Shown: piece by piece, positions 1 to 13,305 of the stretch
How positions within the stretch are numbered: position 1 is the first letter of the stretch
Layout: each line of letters starts with the position of its first letter
Assembly (NCBI RefSeq): GCF_018350175.1
Contig: NC_058368.1
Span: 7,998,001-8,062,000 of the forward strand
Length of the DNA stretch: 64,000 nt
Source of the DNA: Felis catus
Taxonomy: Eukaryota
Direction: 5' to 3'
Notes under the pieces: generated by a model
Told to the model about the DNA's origin: nothing
The model's input: only the letters and a program-made list of their open reading frames with translations
The model's database searches: none
Made by a program: the position numbers and the translations under genes

Positions 1-85
1 GGCTTGATCTTACAAACCATGAGATCATGACTTGAGCCCAAATCAACAGTGGGAGGCTTAATCGACTCAGCCACCCAGGCACCCC
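1..85 (-). mobile_element. Can-SINE 5' portion (cut by window edge)
   Basis: Reverse complement reads GGGGTGCCTGGGTGGCTGAGTCGATTAAGC. Confidence 0.85.
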
Positions 86-3068
86 AAGAAAGAACTTTCT
101 GAGCTTCAGTTTCCTAATAGGGAAATTATGTCCATTATGTAGAACTGTACAGATTAGGGATAATATGTGTAAAGGGATGAGGGCAACTTTGGCACCAGGG
201 AGGGCTCATTGATTCCATCTATTATAGCTGTTACCATTAAGTAGACAGTGGCATTCAAGGTGACAAGACATCCCCAAGGCTTCTAGAGAAAGTATGAAGA
301 AACAAGTTCCAGTGACTTGAAGTGCATTGTAAGACACCACCTGGCCAAAGTCTAAATCCATCACATCCTTTCTACACAATACATCAGGCTCTACTTTTTC
401 ACCTAAAAGGGCAGTGAAGTTACATTAAAACCACAGACTAGAGTCCGTGTTTCAAGAAACAGTCTACTGATTTTATTCTTTGTGCTACACAGCGTGGGGG
501 GAAAAACAGTCTACTAAGTCAGTGGAGATCTAATCAAAATGTAGATTTCTAAGAGCAGGTGCATGTTTTATAAGTAATTTGTCCTATTTATCCATGACCT
601 AAGGCTCCTGTGTCAGGACAGGAATTTGTAGATTCGGTCATGAAAACGCCCACTCAATTCTTAAAAATCTGTGAGCACGGCCCGAAATAATTTGAGAGAC
701 TCTGCCGATCTTTGCAAGGAACCTTCCCAAACTGCGTGTCGTTGCCTTCTGGTAGTCCTAATCCCGGGACGCTAGGCTGAATTTTGCTCAAAAGATCCCT
801 ATAGAAATCATTCTGCGTAGACTTCCTATGACTCAGCCTTTTGGTTTAATTTAAACACATAATGAAATGCTTGATAGCAATTACAGGAGACAGTTAATTC
901 ATTAGAAACAATTATTCATCAGACTCGCTGTATTACCACGAGGAGTGGGAAAAAGAGGAACATCTCACAAAGCACAGGAAAGTGGCAGAGAGGCATTTGG
1001 CAAACAAACTCGTGCTCTGTTCTCAGGACTTTGCATGAAATATTAACAAGGGCTGTTGTCCAAACATTCACATTGGACAACACGCACTTCCTCGTCCAGC
1101 AATTATATAATAGAAAGCAAGAAGTTTCTCATTAGTAAGTGAACGTTCACTTCTCGCTTGTGATGAAAGCCTCCTGTATAAGACGGCCAGATTTATTTGA
1201 ACTTGTGTGTTCAAGCTCAAAGTGCTGCTACGATGGTCTTTGGCGCATTAGTCTTTAAAAGCCCCCGTTTCGATTCGAGGTCTTGTATACGGCAAATTAA
1301 AATTCTCGACAGCATGGCTGGCTTGAGTCCACAGATCCATACACACACTGCACAGAAAACATGTCAAGAGACACATGGATGCAAATCGCATGTATACCCT
1401 AGAGGAACGTGGTAAATATTAAAACATGCAGTGTGTGGTATTTCCAAAAGAAGGGGTCTTCTTAAATTATGCTTCCCTCTCACACCTGATCTATGTTTGG
1501 CCCCCAGGAAAGATGCTGACCTTTTCAATGTTTAAATTGTTAACACTTCCAGTTTGTAGCTAGAAGACAGAATATGGGACATAAAACTCTTTCAATAGTA
1601 ATAATAATAAATAATAATAATAGACATTCAAGCTGGCGGTCAATTAAATCCTTGAGTACGTTTCTAATTAACTACCATTAACAACTGTTTTGTTTTGGTC
1701 CTGTTCGTTGTGTGCATCAGTGGGGTATGGAGAATTATGCTTCTCTCAAACGATCTACCCCTCACACATCCCTAATGATTCAGGCCTTCCTCTTTTTGCC
1801 AATTTGCTGATGGAAACAATAGAGAGATGCAATTAAGCAAGCCCTTCTCGGAGTTCCTAGATGCCTCCGCCTTCCCTCATTTTGTAGGCCGCCTCCCATC
1901 CCCACCCCTACCAAGAAGGCCTGCGAACCACACTCAGCCCCAGAGTGGTCCGCTTTCCCTAGACCGCCCCCTCCCCCACCCAGTCCTCTACTGCTGGGCA
2001 GGTGGAGAGTGTTCAGAAATGGGACATCAAACTGTGTGACCGAAATTATTACTTCCCAGGAAACTTCTAAAGCATGTAATTATGGGGAGACTCCAGCAGA
2101 CGGGACTGGCTTTAGGGTTTTGGAAGCAGTTCCTCGAAATTCCACCTCCGTCTACGGGGTGTTTCTTCCAAAATCCACCATTTTCGCTCAGGCAAAGCAC
2201 TCTGCCCCCTTCACCTTCCATGAGCTGAGAATCCAATTACACGTCTCACATTCCGAGGGGCTCGCTGGCCGAAGACCAAACAAAACAAGCACAGTCTGAG
2301 GGCTAACTGGGCAAAGAACGATCACGCCTTTGCCTGGGTGGGCTGGACGAAGACTGGAGAAGGTAGTCCAGGTTGGCAGTGAGGAAAATGTGGGTTGACA
2401 CCAGTAGTGGGGAAGCTGTGGGGTTTTCTTTTTTAATGGGTAATTACCGGCATTATAATTACCGAGGCGGTTCTCTGTAGCACAGAACACATGCTTACCC
2501 GTCAGACTTTTCCTAACAACCCCTGTACTTTCACGAGTTGATTTTTTCAGTGAGCTTGGCATTGATCCTCAGAGTTAATCCTCAGATCAAATTGCTTTGT
2601 GATTTGTAAGAAGCAGAAGGGAAACATCAGTGTGCAACAACTAGGAAATCATTTCAAGCTTTTTTGAATGGAGAAAACGTCATTTTTAAGTGATTTTCTC
2701 ATTTCACTCATGAATAGCTGTGTATTATAGGAAAGGGGAAGCGGGGCAGTTACCATCTACAGAAGGGGAAATTGAAGCACAGATTAAATAGCCGGCCAAG
2801 GTCACACAGAAGTCAGGGCCCGTGCCAAGAATAGAACCCACTTCCTCGCTTCCCAGGTCTCTGTCCCTGAGACGAGGGAATACGTATAGATAAAATAAGT
2901 AATTCCCAAATATGCTGGATCTTACAGAATCAAAACATAAATGCTAGCGGCCAATGGCGGGGATCTTTGTTTTGTACACGGTTGGCGTGAAAAGTAGGTG
3001 ACTGCCAGTGCATTTGGGTCGAATACTGATGATGAGCAAAATGCATTTGCAAGATGCAAGCGATGTTT

Positions 3069-3303
3069 GGGGCGCCTGGGCGGCTCAGCCAGTCGAGCGA
3101 CCGGCTCTCAGTTTCGGCTCAGGTCATGATCTCACAGTTCGTGAGTCTGAGCCCTGCATCAGGCTCTGCGCCGCCACCGTGGCGCCTGCTTGAAATTTCT
3201 CTTTCGCTCTCCCTCCCTTTCCGTCCCTCCCCATCTCGTGAGCACGTGCATGTGCGCGACCCCTCTCTTAAATAAACATTAAGAGACGTGTACTTTTTTT
3301 AAA
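3069..3303 (+). mobile_element. Can-SINE (older, diverged)
   Basis: GGGGCGCCTGGG head, CT-rich region, degenerate TSD aagatgcaagcgatgtt / aagaggcaagcaacgtt. Confidence 0.9.
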
Positions 3304-3389
3304 AAGAGGCAAGCAACGTTCAATGCACGGGAAGGAGCCCAAGTTTCTCTCGGTCATCACGGACGGCCAGTAAAAGAAAAGGAGGTTTT

Positions 3390-3615
3390 GGGGCGCCTGG
3401 GTGGCTCGGTCGGTTAAAGCGTCCGACTTCGGCTCAGGTCATGATCTCACGGTCTGTGAGTTCGAGCCCCGCGTCGGGCTCTGGGCTGACAGCTCAGAGC
3501 CTGGAGCCTGTTTCAGATTCTGTGTCTCCCTCTCTCTCTGCCCCTCCCCTGTTCACGCTCTGTCTCTCTCTGTCTCAAAAATAAATAAACGTTAAAAAAA
3601 AAATTAAAAAAAAAA
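3390..3615 (+). mobile_element. Can-SINE (feline type)
   Basis: Full head, (CT)n and A-tail; TSD aaaagaaaaggaggtttt at 3372-3389 and 3616-3633. Confidence 0.95.
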
Positions 3616-5229
3616 AAAAGAAAAGGAGGTTTTTCACAAAGAACTCAAAACACTTAACAATTCGTTCCACTAAAGGACACCAGGGTAGTCGGTGCTGCGA
3701 CTCTATTATAATCAGTGTTACTGGTGACCTTGATAGTTAGATGGAGACAGAGAACTAAAGCAGCCTGTGACGGAAAGAACGCGTGCTCTGAAAACAAAGC
3801 CGCGGTCACCAATGGTCACAGGCCTTCACCTTCCCTGGAGAAAAGACCCAAACACACTCATCATGTGACAAGTGGGCCTTAGTTTTAAAAAGAAGGAAAG
3901 GCCACCCCAGAAACAACTGGGTAGACCCTGGGCGCTGACAGGAAGGCGAGCTGTGTTAATGGGTTAACGGCGAGCGTCAGGAAGGATGACCCGGCAGCGG
4001 CTAACCGCCACTCACCAGCCTCCTGTCTGTGGGGGGCAGAGGGGCCAGCCAGGCCTAGAATTCTCCAGTCGGTTACTGGCAGGCCCCCTTGGTGCTCAAG
4101 CACGTGCGAATAAAAGCCGACTTGCGACACGTCCGACTCTTCCTGCGAAAATGTAACCGGTTGATCTGGAGTACCAACATCACACCAAGGCTGTCCTGTC
4201 TGTTCCTTGTTTCCTCCTGGGCCCCATAAATCCATCTCTTCTGCTTCCCAAAGAGGGTTCCCTTCCCTCCAGCCCAAGACTGTTACTCGTTCCTTGACAG
4301 ACCAACCTCCACACAGCAGGCAACCTCGTCCAAACTAGTCCCAGGGCGGCATGTGGCGAAGGACCACGCAAGCCAGACCAGCCCATCGCGTGGGCGGGTC
4401 AGGAGTCCTACTTAGTTCTTCAAAATCCAGGGGGGGAGGTGAAGTTCTAGAATCTATCACGGGCTTGCCGAGTAGGAGTCAGCTCTCCCACATCCTACTC
4501 TGCCCCACCCTGGCCTTCGCCAACCCACAGGTCAGGATCACTTCCCTCCATGACCAAAACGAGTGAGCGAGACAGGCCACAGGCTTGGACGGTTACTTCA
4601 CTCCCCCCACGGCACAGTTTTGTGTGCTTTCACTGTTACCGAACTCGTCTGTATGTCCTTCATTTTTCTTCTGAGAAAAATCATGTTCCGTTTTCCTCAA
4701 TTCTACAGCCCGGATCTACTACTTTTCCATCGCTCAAGCACAGGAAAAGTCACATTTTACTTTCCAAGACTTGGGTTCCCTTCTCGGAAGCGTTGGGTTA
4801 GAAATGCTCACTGTTGGGAAACTAGCTCTCTAAGTAGGCAGAAAATTCTTCTCAAGTTCCTTAAAAGTTTGGAGGCTTTTTAGAGAATTTTACCCCACTG
4901 CTAGCGGTAATCACAACCTTGCCTTCCTAGGACACTCTGTACCTTTTCCCAAACACATTATCTCACTTGATCCTCATCGTGTCTCTGTGAAGCGTGTGTA
5001 ATTATCTGTATTTTATACGAACAGAGGCTATAAACTACACACATGTGAAAGGTGCCGTAAGCTTAACACCCCGGTGCACACTCCCTAGGGGATGCCCACA
5101 CGAACGAGGGACAAGTTTAGGAATATCCGCTTAGAAGTCTCTGCCAGTTGCTGAGGATAAGAAGGAATCCAAAATTCCACTTCATCTGGTATTCATCAGT
5201 TATTGTAATGCTATTAAAAATTCAAAAGA

Positions 5230-5446
5230 GGAGCGCCCTGGAGCGGCTCAGTGGGTTAAGCTTCCGACTTCCGGTCATGATCTCACGGTTCATGGGTTCG
5301 AGCCCCGCGTCGGGCTCTGTGCCGACAGCTGGGAGCCTGGAGCCCGCTTCGGATTCTGTGTCTCCCTCTCTCTCTGCCCCTCCCCCACTCGTGCTCTGTC
5401 TCTCTCTGTCTCAAAAACACACCAACACTAAAAAAAATTTATTTTT
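5230..5446 (+). mobile_element. Can-SINE
   Basis: SINE body with TSD aattcaaaaga. Confidence 0.9.
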
Positions 5447-6204
5447 AATTCAAAAGAAATGTTCCAGTTCTACTACGCTAGCCTCCGAATGTGCCGAAGA
5501 GTAAAAGGGGAAAAGATTCTGCTATTTCCTCTCAGCTCATTAGGAATCTGAGTCAAAAAGAACCCAACCACCCTTTTCCTCCTTTCTTTCATTCCTAACA
5601 TTTTGTAAGAACTAACTTGAGGTGAATCAAAAACATAGCTAAAACATGGCTCAGCAGTGGATCACATTTAAAAAAAAAAAAAAGAAGAAATTTCTGTGCA
5701 TTTTATTTATGGTTCTTAATTTGAACAAAGATGAATTAGCTGAGCCGTAGTTCTGACAGTTTTAAAATACATTTATGTATTTATTGGGCTCCAGGAAACT
5801 ATACAATTTAAGTCTGAACCTCTTTAACTTAGATACATGAGCCAGTCGGCCATATCAAGCCAATTAAGAAGTTGGAGCTCCTTAAAACACATTCAAACCT
5901 CGAAACTAAACTCACGCTTTGGTTGTGTCCATACACAGACATGTCCTTTACCTAGAGCCTAAAATTTAAATACCAAGAATTATCCTACATATTCAAGAGT
6001 AATGTGCATATCAATCACCTAATCTCTTGACGGCCACGCATAGATGCCACCATGCAAATATGTTACCATGTAACTCAAAATAAGATTCTAAAAATTCACG
6101 CAATAGAACGCCCTTTATTCAAATGTCACTAACTAAAATTCCTATTTACAACGGAATCTAGGTGTCAGGTACCCAAAATACATTTACATAAAAACATATC
6201 TCAT

Positions 6205-6418
6205 GGGGCGCCTGGGGGGCTCAGTCGGTTAAGCGTCCGACTTCGGCTCAGGTCACGATCTCGCGGTCCGTGAGTTCGAGCCCCGCGTTGGGCTCTGTGC
6301 GAACAGCTCAGAGCCTGGAGCCTGTTTCGGATTCTGTGTCTCCCTCTCTCTCTGACCCTCCCCCGTTCATGCTCTGTCTCTCTCTGTCTCAAAAATAAAT
6401 AAACGTTAAAAAAAATTA
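6205..6418 (+). mobile_element. Can-SINE (feline type)
   Basis: Full body; TSD aaaaacatat(c/t)tca. Confidence 0.95.
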
Positions 6419-7013
6419 AAAACATATTTCAAACTTCTAGTAATTACAGAAAGATCCATGTATCTTCCAATTTTAGCTTCTGTCTGACAGTGTGAAGTAG
6501 AATTATTCTATTTGTGTCCTAGTGCACATAACTCCCATATATCTTTCTGAACTATTTCTAAGTTAAATATACTGTTTTAACCAGCAAACGCCCAATCTGG
6601 GCCCGACACAGGTAAGCTACTCGGTCTGTTGACTGAAGAAAAAAAAAAAAAAAGAGAACTTCTGATGGATATGCACATTTTGTAGCAGACAATTTCAAGC
6701 AACAACATATTTTTTTATAAATGAAGCATCACTGAAAAAGTTAAAGCTTTCGTTTCTGATCTGTCTGTGATTGGTTTAAAAAATGTCTCAAATGGAGAAT
6801 AAGTCAAATGGTCAACAAACATCTACTGAAGAGTTGAGGCACTCTCTGAGACTTGAGAGTAGTCCAGGAGGAGACAGAGCTCAGTAAACTTACTCTGTAA
6901 GTAACACGGGAGAAGGAGTTCAGGTACCACCGAAGAAATCGGAAAAAGACAGCAAGAGAGTTAATGTCTCCATAGTTTTACTTTGGTTGACCTCATTCCC
7001 CAAACCCTATTTT

Positions 7014-7031
7014 AAATCTTTTAAGTTTATT

Positions 7032-7064
<33 letters not shown>

Positions 7065-7227
7065 ACAAGCTGAGCAGAGAGAGGGAGAGAGAAAGAGAAT
7101 CCCAAGCAAACTCCACACTGCCAGTGCGGAGCCCAACGTGGGGCTCAAACTCATGAACTGTGAGATCATGACCTGAGCCGAAACCTGAGAGTCTGATGCT
7201 TCACCGACTGAGTCATTCAGGCACCCT
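7014..7227 (-). mobile_element. Can-SINE (sense to FLT1)
   Basis: (GA)n followed by the reverse-complement head; degenerate TSD ccccaaacc..tttt. Confidence 0.9.
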
Positions 7228-7631
7228 CCCCAAACCACATTTTAACAGCATTATTCAAACCCAACTTCATACTATTATATTCCCACACAATTATTTTCTC
7301 AGAGTTCCTAGGTCTATCCTAAGTAGAACTGAAATTTTAGATTCATTATCAAAACAAAAATTAAAAACATCTATAAAAAACTATGTTTTCTACAAACATT
7401 GAACTTTATACTTTTCTCTGAATAGCTTAGTTATTTTTCACGTATTTGCACGTCAGGTTAGCACAAATACGGGAATAGATCCACAAATGGGTATACCTAC
7501 CCCTAAATGAGCAAAATCATACAAAATCTCAGTAGATCTCACTGTGTTTGGGGCTAAATATCCACAGTGGTAAAGAAGATATTCGAGCTTAGTAACTTCT
7601 CCATACTTCTGTTCTTAGAAAATTGAAATGT

Positions 7632-7853
7632 GGGGCGCCTGGGTGGCGCAGTCGGTTAAGCGTCCGACTTCAGCCAGGTCACGATCTCGCGGTCCGTGAG
7701 TTCGAGCCCCGCGTCAGGCTCTGGGCTGATGGCTCAGAGCCTGGAGCCTGTTTCCGATTCTGTGTCTCCCTCTCTCTCTGCCCCTCCCCCGTTCATGCTC
7801 TGTCTCTCTCTGTCCCAAAAATAAATAAACGTTGAAAAAAAAAAAAAAAGAAA
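7632..7853 (+). mobile_element. Can-SINE, young variant (GGCGCAGTC...TTCAGCCAGG)
   Basis: TSD agaaaattgaaatg; long A-tail. Confidence 0.95.
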
Positions 7854-9063
7854 AGAAAATTGAAATGATATTCAGAGGAGAAATCAGACGTGTGTGGCAA
7901 TAGCTACTTCTTCGGAACCCTAGAGTTCATGAGCTAACTTTCACTGTCAGAATCCAAGGCCTTAGACAAAGGATTGAAACACACGCTGAAGAAACGCTGA
8001 CATTGCAGGAAGAATCTAGAAAACCAAACAGCCACTTCTGTTTATGCTAGAATTGTGCCTTTCTTATTTTTTTAGCAAGCCGATTTTGCTTTTGTTTTCG
8101 TTTTTGTTGAATAGCAATTTCCCCCAACACTCCGCAAGTGGGGTGAAACAAACATTATGGCATGATGATCATTCTTGGGCAGTCTCAATAATACCTTCTT
8201 GTTGCACTTATCGATTCTATTCCTGTTCTTCAAATCGGCTCCCACCAACTGTCCTTAGCATCATCCCTCTAGACTAAACAAAAATGGGAAAAGGGCAGGC
8301 AGGACTGTCACCAACAGGATGCAAGGAAACACCATACAATGACCAGAAGGGAGGGATGTACCGTTCGGCAAATACACGGTGAGCGTCGACTACCACGTGC
8401 ACCACGCCCTGAAGACACAGAGAAGCTCTCAGCCGGCTCGTGGTTAAGAGAAACGACACATGTACGCAAGCCTGGCAAAGTCACGATGGTGTACGAGGTG
8501 TGGTTCATACTGAAGAGGGAGAAAGGGGTCTGAATGCGGCAGTTAGGAGTGCTCGCGGCAGAGAAGCTGACACATGAACTGAGCCTTGGGGGATAAGGAA
8601 GGACTTCTGGAGGGGGGGCAGCAAACGGGTGGGAGCGCATTTCAGATGAATGGAACAGCATGGGTAGCGATCATCAGGGCAGGGAAGGTCTCCCATCATG
8701 TCCAACGTTCACAAAACACGAAGAAGCTGAATTAGCCAAAGTCTAGGGATGCTCAGTTGAAAACAAGAGACTGGAGTTCAAACCTGGGTGTCAAAAAAGG
8801 CGAAGATAACCTGTCCCTGTGCTCCCCAAACTATAAACTAGAGAGAAAAATGATGACATGGTTAGCACTGAGTAAGGAAGAAGAGTAGATATTGCCCCCT
8901 TTTTCCCACGGGAGGGAACGTCTTTGCGCCAAATACGGCTGCGTATTCCGTTTGCAAACTTCCATCTCTGTCCATCAAAGAATCGCGAGCCCAAGTATAA
9001 TAATCGCGAGTTTCAGTATAACAGGTATACTTGAAAGTTAGTCAGGAAACAAACTGTCCTTAC

Positions 9064-9223
9064 CTTGCTTTGGAATGATTATGGTGACAGGGACGCCAGA
9101 ACCACCTGACTGTAGGTTGAGGGACACCATAAATGGTACAAGTCAGGGTCTGTCTGCTGCCCAGGGGGTAGAGGGTCGGGTCTGGAAAGGACGACACGGC
9201 CTTTTCATAAATCTGGGGTTTCA
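9064..9223 (-). CDS. FLT1: FLT1 exon 10 (160 nt), start of Ig domain 5: [53 protein letters not shown](R)
   Basis: Within ORF 9060..9299; TTCCAG acceptor, GTAAGG donor. Confidence 0.97.
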
Positions 9224-9526
9224 CTGGAAGGGAGATGAACAGGACAGAAGTCAAGAGCTGTACCGTGACTTTCTCCCGGGCCACAGCCTGAAGGACCACA
9301 TTCCCACTGGTTTTGATGTCAGAGAAACAAACACATAGTTGTTGGCATTACAGCTATTTTTTTTTTTTTAAGTAGAATCGCTTTGGTAACAGTAGAGAAT
9401 TGATTCCATGGTATGGACATCATGACTACAGTTATAACAAAAACATTTATTGCTTATGGAAGATAACAAGCAGACATGAAATCGTTTTGATGGGGGCATA
9501 TGTGATTTTTAAAATAATTACTTAAA

Positions 9527-9732
9527 AGGGGCGCCTGGGTGGCTCAGTCAGTTAAGCATCTGACTTCAGCTCAGGTCGTGATTTCACAGCTGGTGAGTTT
9601 GAGCCTCACATCGGGCTCCGCACTGACCGCACAGAGCCCGCCTCTAAGCCTCTGTCTCCCTCTGTCTGCTCCTCCCTCTCTCTCTCTCTCTCTCTCTCTC
9701 AAAAATAAACAAACATTTAAAAAGAAATAAAT
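9527..9732 (+). mobile_element. Can-SINE in intron 9
   Basis: Head, (CT)n and tail; TSD aaaataattacttaaaa. Confidence 0.93.
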
Positions 9733-9851
9733 AAAATAATTACTTAAAAAGTTGGTTTAACTTGGTGTTGTTATATCGACTTTTGATTTACAAGTTTTCC
9801 TGACCTTCACCCCTCCCCGAAACCAGAAGGAAGCGTGAACGGTCAACTTAC

Positions 9852-10021
9852 CATTTACAATTAAGGTGGTGGTAAGGTTTTTAAACACATTTGACTGCTT
9901 TATGGCCAGCAAGATTGTGTAATCCCCTGCATCTTCCGCAGCAACATCTTTGATGATTAATGAGTAGCCAAGAACCAAATAGCGAGCCGATTTCTCGGTC
10001 ACAGGGAACCCATCTTTTAAC
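9852..10021 (-). CDS. FLT1: FLT1 exon 9 (170 nt), Ig domain 4 second half: LKDGFPVTEKSARYLVLGYSLIIKDVAAEDAGDYTILLAIKQSNVFKNLTTTLIVN
   Basis: Overlaps ORF 9757..10002; CGCAG acceptor, GTAAGT donor. Confidence 0.97.
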
Positions 10022-10199
10022 CTGCGGTTAAGGGCATGATCAGGAAGTCATTCCACACTGCCTCTCCGATAGCACTTTAACACTGCCATTTATGTTTGTG
10101 AGCTCAAGGTGATACATACGTTGGTCTCAATGTTCATTTAAAAAATTTAGACACTAAGTTTCCAGGGAAACCAGGTGGGGTTTTTAAGCTGAGACACAC

Positions 10200-10322
10200 A
10201 GAGCACTGGGGTGGCTCACTTGGAAGGGTGTCTGACTCTTGATCTCAGGGTCGTGAGTTCAAGCCCCACGCTGGGTGTGGAGATTACTTAAATGAAGAAA
10301 AAACTTAAAAAAAAAAAAACCC
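10200..10322 (+). mobile_element. Short tRNA-derived carnivore SINE lacking the (CT)n region
   Basis: GGTGGCTCA...GACTCTTGATCTCAGGGTCGTGAGTTCAAGCCCCACGCTGGGTGTGGAGATTACTTAAA plus A-tail; TSD taa(g/a)ctgagacacac. Confidence 0.85.
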
Positions 10323-12323
10323 TAAACTGAGACACACTTCACATTTATTGGCAAGGAGGAAGAAGTACCTTGAAGGAAGAAAGAAAAGGTGATGGTTTAA
10401 GGCACCCACAGGGGTGCTGCTGGTCACCATGTGACTTAAGTATTAACCCAGAAGCACCGGCTGATCCCCTCCAGATGTTTTTCAGAGTTTTCCACGACGC
10501 TTCATCGGCAGCACAAGGGCCATTGTAAGTCAGATCAACTAGATAGATCATTTCTCCAGATAAAAAATAAAAATAGACTTTTCTATTGTGGTCTCATGTG
10601 GAGTTCTTATTAGTTGTATAAATGGTCACACCAGTTGTCCCTTTCATAAACTATAGTGAAACCAAGATTATCAAGATCTTTCCCCCGAGGGAGAACAGTT
10701 AAGGCACAAAACTCGCAAACAAAAGGTACAAAACTTATTATTTTTTTTTTTTTTACTTTAAATATATCAACGCCTAGACATCCTGCAATTGCAAACAGAA
10801 CTGAGAGTCGGGAGACTGAATGCCACCCTGTGCTGTGCACCCGACTCATCCGTTCGGACACCACGTTTCTTCAAGTTTTCTAGACTTTCTCAAAGACTTA
10901 ACTCTAAAAAATTCTACGATTTCATTACATTGCACGGTTCTTCAGCTGGGCATTTTAAAATCTCTTAGTTTACTGTGTTCCGCATAAAGGTAGATGCCAA
11001 TAGTTCATACCCATGCAAGTTCTGCAGGCAAATTCTCATCACTAGAGAGTCTCAGTTCTAAGACAGTCCAAATGGCTATGCTCGACTTTACGACTGCAAC
11101 TATGATCTTAGTTTACTTTTATTTCCCATTAGCCAGTCGGTGGTTTCGAAGATGGGCTGTGTGTGTGTTTTCAGTCCCGGCTTCAGAGTTACCGAAGAAA
11201 GTAGCACTGTTTAACAGGCGGGGATGCTCTCAGATCCTTTGGAAAGAGCGAATGTAGCGCCTAGAGTGATTCAGTTCCTCTTAGGGAATAACGGACACTC
11301 ATGGGAAATGGACTTTTGGACTTTCGGTACATCATCGAACACACGGAAATCTCTCTTTTACTGCGACGGCATGGAGGGGCATAGCAGAGTTTAACGTTCT
11401 CTTTAACTCCCTATTAACTATTTGAGGAAACGGAGAACAAATCCTGCAATCATGCAGAAACGGAGAACAAATCACCCAATCACGCACCAGCAAAGTAAGG
11501 GGTGGTGAAGGTGATTCTACGGTGATACCGCTTCTATATTGTCTGGGTTGTTTTCCTAATCGGTTTCGCACCGGACTCTTTGTTTAAAATGTAACGGTCT
11601 GGGCCAAAGGTACTGGTGTTCAGCAATGATTTCACAGAATGACTGCAGATTATCAACAGATTACATTGTTTTACATCAGGTGTTGTGCGAACATTAAAAA
11701 AAAAAAAAAACAAAAAACCTGCTTCAGGAGTTTCTGAATATGCAAACTTCGAGCCAAAAAAAACCCCTTAATTAGTTCAAGTAGGTCCATTCGTCCGCCC
11801 CTGCAACTGAATAAGTCTTGTCTCTATTAATGTTTGTTTAATTTTAAAACAAGACTGGAACTTTCATCCCAGCTGTGTATAAAAGAATTATTTTCAGATA
11901 ATAAAAGAATTATTATCCTCATTACAAGGGCCTGCTTCTTCAGGGTTACTAGAGCATGTTACATATTCAAGATGCTTCCTATCCATTGCCCAACACACTC
12001 CATTCAAAGGACGTTGACATCATAGAGAGGCTTAGAGTTGCAGAAATTTAGTCACAGGGAGTGAACGGCTAACTTGAACCGAGAGCTCAGAAACACCTAA
12101 TCCCTTGCTCCGTCCCCTGTGACACACCGTGTCGCCTCCCCTCCGGCCCGGTCTACCTCCTTCCCTCCCGGCCCAGAAATCCACAGAGTTCTCTGCTTTC
12201 TACCGCTGTCTGGGGAACTTATTATCTTGCTATTTTTTTCAGGAATTCAAGTCACTGGGCTCCTGCATCTTCCTGCTTAACACGGCATATCTTCAACTGA
12301 TAGGAAAATAATTATGGTCCTAC

Positions 12324-12441
12324 CACAGGACTTCTGGCGAGGGAAATGCCTTCACTTTCATAGACAGCCTGTAAGACCGCTTGCCAGCAACTGTTTCCAA
12401 CACGTGCTGTTTTCGATGTTTCACAGTGATGAACGCTTTAT
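12324..12441 (-). CDS. FLT1: FLT1 exon 8 (118 nt), Ig domain 4 first half: DKAFITVKHRKQHVLETVAGKRSYRLSMKVKAFPSPEVL(W)
   Basis: Found by manual translation (absent from the ORF track); AAAG acceptor, GTAGGA donor; phases fit exons 7 and 9. Confidence 0.96.
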
Positions 12442-12860
12442 CTTTGAAAGGAGAGGTGATAAAATAGATTAGAAAAGACGATGTTTATCTTGACCAGAAC
12501 AAAAACAATCCAACTCACTGCCTCATTCAAGGACGGTTGCCAGCAATGACCCAATGGCACTGAATTCTGACCAAGCCTATCGATGAGCCCCGATATCGAT
12601 CCAGGAATAAAATAATTTAGAAGCACTCCCACCGGTGAAAACACTTCGCATCAAATGGCTGCAAGCCAAACAGAAAAGCAGAGGCAGGGCAACAGAAAGC
12701 AGAACTCCTCACGTAGCCACATCACAGTAAGAGAAAAGTACAGAGACTTCGAAAAACCTGCTTGCCCAACGTGAGTATGGTGGAAGAAAGTCTTCGGGCA
12801 CCTGAAAATAACCGATCTGATTTCAAAAACCAACTGGAGAAAGTCAAAAGAATCCCAAAA

Positions 12861-13305
12861 GGGGCGCCTGGGTGGCTCAGTCGGTTGGGCGGCCGACTTC
12901 GGCTCAGGTCATGACCTCGCGGTTCGGGAGTTCGAGCCCCGCATCGGGCTCTGTGCTGACGGCTCAGAGCCTGGAGTCTGCTTCGGATTCTGTCTCCCTC
13001 TCTTTCTCTGCCTCCCTCCCTCCCTCTCTCCCTCTCTATCTCTCTCAAAAATAAACATTAAAGGGGCGCCTGGGTGGTGCAGTCGGTTAAGCGTCCGACT
13101 TCGGCCAGGTCACGATCTCGCGGTCCGTGAGTTCGAGCCCCGCATCAGGCTCTGCGCTGATGGCTCGGAGCCTGGAGCCTGTTTCCGATTCTGTGTCTCC
13201 CTCTCTCTCTGCCCCTCCCCCGTTCATGCTCTGTCTCTCTCTGTCTCAAAAATAAATAAACGTTAAAAAAAATTAAAAAAAAAAAACATTAAAAAAATTA
13301 AAGGA
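12861..13305 (+). mobile_element. Two Can-SINEs; the younger (13063-13283) is inserted in the A-tail of the older (from 12861)
   Basis: Inner TSD aaacattaaa (13053-13062 / 13284-13293); outer degenerate TSD aaaagaatcccaaa / aaaagaatatcaaa. Confidence 0.92.

Noticed and set aside
9915..9935. AGDYT in exon 9 where human (from recall) has an N-glycosylation sequon, AGNYT
   Set aside because: I recall Asp at this position in other mammals too, so it is probably not lineage-specific; cannot verify here
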